A stretch of 56,070 nucleotides of DNA from a virus (Duplodnaviria > Caudoviricetes). The stretch is from positions 1 to 56,070 of the IMG/VR virus record IMGVR_UViG_3300021197_001081; one strand, given 5' to 3'. Positions 41,080-47,184 of the stretch are shown piece by piece. Under the pieces are notes generated by a model. That model was not told the DNA's origin. It searched no databases and was given only the letters and a program-made list of their open reading frames with translations. The translations under genes and the position numbers were made by a program. Numbering within the stretch: the stretch's first letter is position 1; every line of letters begins with the position of its first letter.

Positions 41080-41304
41080 TTACTCTTTGCTCTCTGTTAT
41101 AGCTTGGTAAATATCATCAATTGTATTTTGTGAAAGTATGTCCCATATGCATACTCCACAGTGTGTGATAGCTGTAATACTTATCTCAGCTGGACTACCA
41201 CAATAATCATAAGTCTGAGGTTCAGCGTGTGCATACTCATAGTATACATCAAGCTCTATGTCATCCACTTTGTAAGTGAGTGTTTCTGAATTCCAAATGC
41301 TCAT
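41080..41304 (-). CDS. Hypothetical early protein
   Basis: 74 aa, acidic. Confidence 0.65.
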   Translation of the reverse strand: MSIWNSETLTYKVDDIELDVYYEYAHAEPQTYDYCGSPAEISITAITHCGVCIWDILSQNTIDDIYQAITESKE

Positions 41305-41552
41305 ATAAGATTGTTTAATTGGTTAATACTCTCGCTGAAATCTACTCCAGCAATCACATTTGGATTTGGCTCTTCACATCCTTCCATTTCTACCCACTGC
41401 TCGTAACTTCTGTAGCTTGTGCGAACAAAAATAATAGACTCTAATGACTCTATGCTCCTGCCATTGATGTGGCATACTAATCTCATTTCTTCTTCGGTTG
41501 CGATGGTCATTACATCGTCCCATACTTGATTGAATTTATCTATCTTCCCCAT
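41301..41552 (-). CDS. Hypothetical early protein
   Basis: 83 aa, ATGA coupling to the next gene. Confidence 0.65.
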   Translation of the reverse strand: MGKIDKFNQVWDDVMTIATEEEMRLVCHINGRSIESLESIIFVRTSYRSYEQWVEMEGCEEPNPNVIAGVDFSESINQLNNLI

Positions 41553-41707
41553 TTTGATTTTTTGTGTTTTTTGTTAGACTTCCAGTAATTTTTCTTTGCC
41601 CATTTCTTCTTCATCTTAGATGTCTTGCATCGCTTTGAAGTTCCACAGCTCGTTAACGTGGGTGTAGCTATAAGCATACACATCACAAACATTAAAATTT
41701 TCTTCAT
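41540..41707 (-). CDS. Small basic lipoprotein (55 aa)
   Basis: MKKILMFVMCMLIATPTLTS-CGTSKR: signal peptide with lipobox LTSC. Not in the ORF track. Confidence 0.65.
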   Translation of the reverse strand: MKKILMFVMCMLIATPTLTSCGTSKRCKTSKMKKKWAKKNYWKSNKKHKKSKWGR

Positions 41708-41724
41708 AATTGTAGTTTTTTAGA

Positions 41725-41838
41725 TTAATCTTGGTCTTTGGTTTCTACGTAGAACTCTGCATGTTCATGGCAGTCTCCACATAAAGAATCACTAAGGAAT
41801 GATGGGGATGCCCCACAACAGTTACTGTACTTATTCAT
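41725..41838 (-). CDS. Zinc-finger-like microprotein (37 aa)
   Basis: MNKYSNCCGA...LCGDCHEHAEF. Not in the ORF track. Confidence 0.65.
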   Translation of the reverse strand: MNKYSNCCGASPSFLSDSLCGDCHEHAEFYVETKDQD

Positions 41839-41875
41839 AAATTATAGTTTTAAATATCTGCATTATTGCATTGAT

Positions 41876-41915
41876 ACTGGAGAAGGAATCGAACCTTACT
41901 TACAACCATTCCAGT
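41876..41915 (-). ncRNA. 40-nt tRNA-like element (acceptor stem plus T-arm, no anticodon arm), copy 2
   Basis: ACUGGA-AUGGUUGUAAG-UAAGG-UUCGAUU-CCUUC-UCCAGU-A. Confidence 0.6.
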
Positions 41916-41932
41916 TAGTCGGACAGCGTGTG

Positions 41933-42427
41933 CTAAAGCTTGTAGCTATAGTTCTCTGCTACCCATGTGCATAAAGTCTCTCTATTGCCATCTGACAGCT
42001 CCATGAACAGGTTAAATACATTAGCAGTTCCACCATGACCATTTCTCTTGTTGAGGTTGTTCCATTTGGCTTCTATGTGATTAGCCAGTGACGTACCCTC
42101 ACCAAAAGCTTTTTGTATCCATCCAGCTGGGAAGTTATACGCAAAGTACATGAAGTTAGTAATTTGGTCAGCTGCAGCATCTCTTTTCTCTTCTGCTTCA
42201 TCATACTCGTCATACCATTCTGTCCATACGTACAGCTCCTGCTCATGTGCGTCATCCAGTATGAACTCATCAGAGCATTCAGCGTAGGCACATTTGTAGT
42301 TCTCTTTCAACCAATCCACCAAGCTGGATTCATCTTTAATGGTTTCGTCATTGTGAAGAAGAAATCCTTCATACATTCCTTCTCCAGTGATAATACATGT
42401 TCTTGGTTCTTTGTTTAAATTACTCAT
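41933..42427 (-). CDS. Acidic hypothetical early protein
   Basis: 164 aa; ATG is 22 nt downstream of a predicted hammerhead cut site. Confidence 0.7.
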   Translation of the reverse strand: MSNLNKEPRTCIITGEGMYEGFLLHNDETIKDESSLVDWLKENYKCAYAECSDEFILDDAHEQELYVWTEWYDEYDEAEEKRDAAADQITNFMYFAYNFPAGWIQKAFGEGTSLANHIEAKWNNLNKRNGHGGTANVFNLFMELSDGNRETLCTWVAENYSYKL

Positions 42428-42443
42428 AATTGTAGTTTTTAAT

Positions 42444-42493
42444 GATTAAGACGCTTCACAGCGTTTCGACTATTGAAGTCTCGTCAGTTAATC
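42444..42493 (-). ncRNA. Type I hammerhead ribozyme A
   Basis: GAUUAA-CUGACGA-GACU-UCAAU-AGUC-GAAA-CGCU-GUGA-AGCG-UC^UUAAUC: full conserved core and three perfect stems. Confidence 0.95.
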
Positions 42494-42820
42494 TATGTGC
42501 TGCTCCAGTGCCGACAGCACGTCATACATCATGTGTCTTTGTGTAGCATCATGAGTTACGTTCTTTTCGATTAGCTTGTACATAAGAAGTCCTACGTCTT
42601 CAGCATTCAAGCTATCTACTTGGTCTTGCCAGTCTGAGTTTGTAAGTTCAACTGAAGACATTAATTGTTTGATTTGTGGTTCTTTGAGCTGTGATACAGC
42701 ACTGTCAAGGTTATCAATACTTGCTTGACATGAGTCATGGTCAGGATTCCATTCTCCACTTTGTAACATTTCAAAATCTTTGATTGCTGTTACTACTTTA
42801 CTAATTACTTTGTAATTCAT
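42488..42820 (-). CDS. Hypothetical early protein
   Basis: 110 aa; its last codon and stop (GAU UAA) form stem I of hammerhead A. Confidence 0.7.
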   Translation of the reverse strand: MNYKVISKVVTAIKDFEMLQSGEWNPDHDSCQASIDNLDSAVSQLKEPQIKQLMSSVELTNSDWQDQVDSLNAEDVGLLMYKLIEKNVTHDATQRHMMYDVLSALEQHID

Positions 42821-42837
42821 TGTGATTTAATTTAAGA

Positions 42838-43077
42838 TTAATATAATTGTGATTTTTCTATTTGTTTTACCTCTCTTGCTGGTAATTCACTGGTGTACTC
42901 TTCGTACTTGTCAAATGTCTTTTGACACAGATTATCGTACTTGGTATACATCTTTTCATTACCATCTCCATCAGCGTCATTACGCATGTCATTGGCAGTA
43001 TTATACTTGATTAGCCAGTAAACTGCTTTGTTTACTTTTGCTTGGTGTTTCTTGTTTAATGCTATTATTTTACTCAT
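42838..43077 (-). CDS. Hypothetical early protein
   Basis: 79 aa. Confidence 0.7.
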   Translation of the reverse strand: MSKIIALNKKHQAKVNKAVYWLIKYNTANDMRNDADGDGNEKMYTKYDNLCQKTFDKYEEYTSELPAREVKQIEKSQLY

Positions 43078-43079
43078 AA

Positions 43080-43220
43080 TTAAAATGGATTAGATGTTAC
43101 GAAATAGCTTAGTGCTATTACATTCTTTTTTACTTGTTCTAATTCGTACAGCTTTTGAGCTGTCTTGATTAATGCACAGTCAATACGTACATACTTGATT
43201 ACTGTTTTTGATTTACTCAT
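43080..43220 (-). CDS. Small hypothetical early protein (46 aa)
   Basis: MSKSKTVIKYVRIDCALIK...SNPF*; ATG is 22 nt after the hammerhead B cut. Not in the ORF track. Confidence 0.6.
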   Translation of the reverse strand: MSKSKTVIKYVRIDCALIKTAQKLYELEQVKKNVIALSYFVTSNPF

Positions 43221-43236
43221 TGTAGTTGAATTTTAA

Positions 43237-43286
43237 AGTTAAGACGCCTCTCGGCGTTTCGTCCTATATGGACTCATCAGTTAACT
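43237..43286 (-). ncRNA. Type I hammerhead ribozyme B
   Basis: AGUUAA-CUGAUGA-GUCC-AUAUA-GGAC-GAAA-CGCC-GAGA-GGCG-UC^UUAACU: canonical core, GNRA-capped stem III. Confidence 0.95.
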
Positions 43287-43623
43287 ATGCATCGTGAACA
43301 CAGCCAACTGCTGAGTTCTGCCACTCGAAGTACAACCCATGCTTCTCCAGTGTTTCTTGTAGTTTCTTGCTGCCCCAGTACATTTCAGTATCGTAGTAAT
43401 CTAACCACTCTTCTGCATTATACTCTTCTGCTTTTATCCAAAAGTATCCTCTGTAGTCTTGGTAACCTCGCTGGTTTTGATACCATATGTCTATTGGGCA
43501 ACCAAGTTTTTTTAACTCGATAAACGCTTTGATTGATGCTGGAGTCATGTGGCTGATTTCTTCAGCAGAAAACTCATTGTTAAACATTTTTTTTGTGTAC
43601 TTCACTGTTGTTGAATTTGACAT
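43285..43623 (-). CDS. First early gene, hypothetical protein
   Basis: 112 aa; UAG stop overlaps stem I of hammerhead B. Confidence 0.7.
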   Translation of the reverse strand: MSNSTTVKYTKKMFNNEFSAEEISHMTPASIKAFIELKKLGCPIDIWYQNQRGYQDYRGYFWIKAEEYNAEEWLDYYDTEMYWGSKKLQETLEKHGLYFEWQNSAVGCVHDA

Positions 43624-43646
43624 TTTAATTAAATTTAAAGATTAGT

Positions 43647-44030
43647 TATCGGTACGAGTATTGCTCTCGCTGGTCTGTCAATCAGATACCGATATTAGTG
43701 TCGTAAATTTCACTCTCAAGACTCGCACATTAACTCCATCCACAGATGGTTAAAGAGATGTCATTCGCTCTACAGAATCCTCAATTAAGGGATGCCAATA
43801 TTTTATCCTTGAAATCATTTTTACTTTATGTAAGACCTATGAACACCTTGGTGCTAACTACTTCGCTTGATAGATATGGATAGAGAGATAATCATAACAG
43901 AATCGTTAAATGATTGATTATCAGCAGTCTGCGTGAAGCACAGTTAAAGCAACACTTTAGATAATGTGTCGTAACTGCTTGATTCTCAGTAGTTTAGGTC
44001 AGAATGTCAATGAACGTGAGGTTTCCCCCC
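43647..44030 (-). ncRNA. Candidate ~400-nt structured leader/ncRNA of the early transcript
   Basis: Nested helices GACCUA/UAGGUC, AACUACU/AGUAGUU, CAGUUA/UAACUG, GAUAAUCA/UGAUUAUC, CCAUC/GAUGG and UAUCGGUA/UACCGAUA; no long ORF. Confidence 0.6.
44004..44029 (-). promoter_or_regulatory. boxB/boxA-like antitermination site
   Basis: GGGG-GAAA-CCUC GNRA hairpin followed by GUUCAUUGACAU, immediately after the promoter. Confidence 0.45.
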
Positions 44031-44034
44031 ATGG

Positions 44035-44065
44035 CGAATATACAACTTTATGTTTATATAACAAC
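44035..44065 (-). promoter_or_regulatory. Major early promoter (Bacteroidota sigma-A type)
   Basis: - strand GTTG (-33), 19-nt spacer, TATATTCG (-7 variant). Confidence 0.6.
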
Positions 44066-44255
44066 TATAAATGACAAATAAAATGTAAATAATTTGTCAG
44101 TAACTATGCTTTGCTGGACAGCAGTTCTCTTTACTTACTATCTACAAATGTATATGGTACTTTTACTTTCTAATTACTAACGGATTACATCAAAGCTGTT
44201 GACTATGTTTTGTTTGGGGTTATAGAGACTCGTACTGGGGTTAAGGGAAGGCTCT

Positions 44256-44486
44256 GTCCTTCTCCTTTTTTAATGTGTGCAGAAAATGTGCAACAATGGT
44301 TTTTATGTTTGCAGTATGAAAAACTATAATTGGTCAAACCTATCGGTACAGCAGAAAATAAATGTCAAACAATATGCAATCAACTTGTATGGAAAAAGAT
44401 GGCACACATCTAAACCAAACTTTTGCAGCAAACTGAACTACCTTGAAATCTACAGCATACTACATAGTTAGTCCTTCTCCTTTTTT
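44256..44486 (+). repeat. 16-bp direct repeat GTCCTTCTCCTTTTTT
   Basis: Exact copies at 44256-44271 and 44471-44486. Confidence 0.8.
44316..44471 (+). CDS. Small hypothetical protein (51 aa), probably leaderless
   Basis: MKNYNWSNLSVQQK...; TATGTTTG box at 44304-44311 only 4 nt before the ATG. Confidence 0.5.
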   Translation: MKNYNWSNLSVQQKINVKQYAINLYGKRWHTSKPNFCSKLNYLEIYSILHS

Positions 44487-44610
44487 GTGGGGTGGAAGGG
44501 GGGAGCAGGGGACATGTGTGCTGGAGCAGGGGCAATACGTGTAACTGGAGCTGGAGCTGGGAGATACTGCAGCTCTACCACCAGCTGGAGCTGGGGTTGG
44601 TACTGGAGCT
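44487..44610 (+). repeat. G-rich CTGGAGC repeat island
   Basis: CTGGAGC at 44521, 44545, 44551, 44585 and 44603, plus GGGAGC at 44501; followed by A-tracts. Confidence 0.7.
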
Positions 44611-44756
44611 TAACGAATTCTCAAAAAATCCGAAAAAAAAACTTGAAAAAATCCAAAGACATCAAAAAAAAAACGACTTTCTGTGATCACAACACGACTG
44701 TATTAGCTACTATAGCCCTAAACCTATAAGTGTCTGAACGCAAAAAAAATTTTTAC

Positions 44757-44764
44757 TATATTTG
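44757..44764 (+). promoter_or_regulatory. Bacteroidota-type -7 promoter box (TATATTTG)
   Basis: TAnnTTTG upstream of 44789. Confidence 0.6.
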
Positions 44765-44788
44765 TAGGGAACTTTTAAAACGCTTATT

Positions 44789-44986
44789 ATGAATAAGAAT
44801 GACTTTATTAACGGACTGTATGTAAAAGATGGACGCTTAATTAATGCGCGCCCAGAATCTGAGTCTGGCATTGCAAAAGCTTGTGCTATTAAACGTTCTG
44901 TACGTAATGACAGAAAGGTTAATCAAATAGCTGAAGGCATGGAGCTTGCGGATAACAAGAAAAAATTTAGACAGTTAAATTTTTAA
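44789..44986 (+). CDS. Small hypothetical protein
   Basis: 65 aa, with its own promoter and terminator. Confidence 0.65.
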   Translation: MNKNDFINGLYVKDGRLINARPESESGIAKACAIKRSVRNDRKVNQIAEGMELADNKKKFRQLNF

Positions 44987-45017
44987 AATGCTAATACATT
45001 TTATTAATTTTTAAATT

Positions 45018-45046
45018 AGAGGATCAATGTGATTCTCTTTTTTTTT
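45018..45046 (+). terminator. Rho-independent terminator
   Basis: AGAGGATC-AATGT-GATTCTCT followed by poly-T. Confidence 0.7.
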
Positions 45047-45064
45047 ATAACTACTGTTAATTAT

Positions 45065-45241
45065 TGACATTATTATGTCGATTATCCTGTCAATTTATTT
45101 TTACTAACTTATTGATTATTAATTACTTATTCTTTTAATGTCGAAAATGTCGAAAATAAATAGAATAATAATAAATAAAAATATAAAGAATAGTAAAAGT
45201 ATATATAAAGTAAGTGGAGTATTTTTCTTGACATTTGACAT
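45065..45241. repeat. ATGTCG iteron-like array 2
   Basis: ATGTCG at 45075, 45138 and 45147; TGACAT at 45065, 45229 and 45236; same layout as the 36.3 kb array. Confidence 0.55.
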
Positions 45242-45277
45242 TTGTTTAGTTTTGTGTTTATTATAAATATATTTTAC

Positions 45278-45285
45278 TATATTTG
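45278..45285 (+). promoter_or_regulatory. Bacteroidota-type -7 promoter box (TATATTTG)
   Basis: TAnnTTTG upstream of groEL. Confidence 0.6.
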
Positions 45286-45306
45286 TTCTAAATTAAATTT
45301 AATACA

Positions 45307-46923
45307 ATGAGCAATTATATTCCAAAGAACCTTGAGTTCGATCAGCCTGGTCGAAATAAATTAATAAAAGGGATTACAAAAATTTCTAAAGCAGTAAAGA
45401 GTACGTTAGGCCCACGCGGAAAAACAGTTCTAATAGAATCGCCTGAACATATCGGAGGTATGACAATAACAAAAGACGGTGTAACTGTAGCTAACTCTAT
45501 TTTTTTGGATGATCCTGTAGAGAACCTTGCGGTTCAAATGTTAAAAGATGCAGCACGTAGAACTGCTAACTCAGCTGGAGATGGAACGACTACAGCAATT
45601 GTATTAACCGAGGCTATTATAAAAGCTGGTGAAAGACTTCTAACAGAAAAAAATAATATAACTGAGGTTGTAAAATCAATAAACAGATTCAGTAAAATTA
45701 TTCTTAAAAAATTAAAAAAGAACTCACGAAAAATTACCAAGGCAAGGCTATTAGATGTTGCAACAATTTCAGCAAACAACGATAAGTCTTTAGGAAAAAT
45801 AATTGCTGATGCTTATAATAAAGTTGGAAAGAACGGTATTGTAACTGTAGAGCGATCTCAAAACCATGAGACATATGCCACAGTTACTAATGGAATAAAA
45901 GTTGATAGAGGTTATACTTCTAATTTATTTATCACTAATCAAAAAAACGATGAAGCAATCTTAGAAGATGTTTTAGTTTTAGTTTGTGACCAGGAGATAA
46001 GTAATATTCTACAAATAGAAAATGTTTTAAAACCAATCATTCAACAAAATAAAAAACTTCTCATCATTGGTCCATGCTCAGTCAATGTTGTGAATACCCT
46101 GGCGGCAAACGTAGTGCGTAACGGACTTAAGCTTTGTAATATTATACCACCACAATTTGGATATAAACAACACGAGCTTATGCAGGACATTGCGTTGTCG
46201 GTAGGGGCTAAATACTTTTCAGAAAAAACTGGAGATGATTTAAGTCTGTTAAGCATGGAAGATCTTGGTCATGCTGATAAAATTATTTCAGGAAAGAGTC
46301 AAACGGTTATCATTAAAAATAATCAAATGACTGAAGAGATAGAAAAAAGAATAACTGATCTTAAGGAACAACAAGAAAACACAGAAATAGTTTCAGATAA
46401 AGAGTTTATAAACGAGCGTATTGCAAGTTTATCAGGATCAATAGGAGCTATTTATGTTGGGGGTAATTCTGATATAGAGCAAAAAGAAAAGTATGACAGA
46501 GTAGAAGATGCTGTGTGTGCTGTTCGTAGCGCTTTGCAAGAGGGTATTGTAAGAGGTGGAGGACTTGCTTTATTTTATTCAAGAGAAGAACTTAGTTATA
46601 TTTCTAAGAAGACAGTTAATGATGACGAAAGTACAGCTATAGATATTCTAATGGAATCTTTATGTGCGCCATTAAGACAAATATTACAAAACGCTGGATT
46701 AAATCTTGATGAATACTACAATGTATCTACAACAAGTGATTCATGGATTCTTCAACAATTAGACGAGTACAATGTAAAGACTGAAGTAAAAGGAGATTTT
46801 TTTAAGATGGGTGTTATAGATCCTTTAAAAGTAACTAAGACTGCTTTTGAAAATTCAGTTAGTGTAGCAACAACTATTCTAACAACAAACGCAATAATAA
46901 CTCACGCGCGAGTAAAAGAATAA
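45307..46923 (+). CDS. groEL: Phage-encoded chaperonin GroEL (Cpn60)
   Basis: TLGPRG, ITKDGVTVA, AGDGTTTA, DRVEDAVCA and GVIDPLKVT motifs; no GGM tail. Confidence 0.97.
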   Translation: MSNYIPKNLEFDQPGRNKLIKGITKISKAVKSTLGPRGKTVLIESPEHIGGMTITKDGVTVANSIFLDDPVENLAVQMLKDAARRTANSAGDGTTTAIVLTEAIIKAGERLLTEKNNITEVVKSINRFSKIILKKLKKNSRKITKARLLDVATISANNDKSLGKIIADAYNKVGKNGIVTVERSQNHETYATVTNGIKVDRGYTSNLFITNQKNDEAILEDVLVLVCDQEISNILQIENVLKPIIQQNKKLLIIGPCSVNVVNTLAANVVRNGLKLCNIIPPQFGYKQHELMQDIALSVGAKYFSEKTGDDLSLLSMEDLGHADKIISGKSQTVIIKNNQMTEEIEKRITDLKEQQENTEIVSDKEFINERIASLSGSIGAIYVGGNSDIEQKEKYDRVEDAVCAVRSALQEGIVRGGGLALFYSREELSYISKKTVNDDESTAIDILMESLCAPLRQILQNAGLNLDEYYNVSTTSDSWILQQLDEYNVKTEVKGDFFKMGVIDPLKVTKTAFENSVSVATTILTTNAIITHARVKE

Positions 46924-46926
46924 ATT

Positions 46927-47184
46927 ATGAAACCAGTTGGAAAATATATTGTCATAAAAACTATTGAGGAAGAGGTTAAAACTTCTTCAGGTCTTTTATT
47001 ATCTGCATCAGACGTTGATGAATTTAGATATAGAAAAGGATATGTTGTTAAAGAAGGAACAGATGTTTCTGTAGTTAAACCGAAGGATCTTATTTATTAT
47101 GATAAAAATTCTGGATTTACTATGTTGATTAAGGATGAGCCTTACACTATTATCCAGGAAAGAGACGTAGTTATTGTTCTCTAA
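46927..47184 (+). CDS. groES: Co-chaperonin GroES (Cpn10)
   Basis: MKPVGKYIVIK, mobile loop KTSSGLLL, IIQERDV. Confidence 0.92.
   Translation: MKPVGKYIVIKTIEEEVKTSSGLLLSASDVDEFRYRKGYVVKEGTDVSVVKPKDLIYYDKNSGFTMLIKDEPYTIIQERDVVIVL

Noticed and set aside
40338-41915. Canonical tRNA genes suggested by GGTTCGATTCC
   Set aside because: Only 11 nt separate the acceptor and T stems, leaving no room for D and anticodon arms. Reported as tRNA-like elements instead.
43647-43694. A third hammerhead, suggested by CUGAUUGA in the three-way junction
   Set aside because: It has an extra nucleotide in the CUGANGA box, no GAAA box and no correctly placed UH cleavage site.
44487-44610. CRISPR array, or the track ORFs 44487..44729 and 44492..44686
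   Set aside because: The repeats are only 7 bp with irregular spacing and no cas genes are present. The ORFs are low-complexity translations of the repeat.
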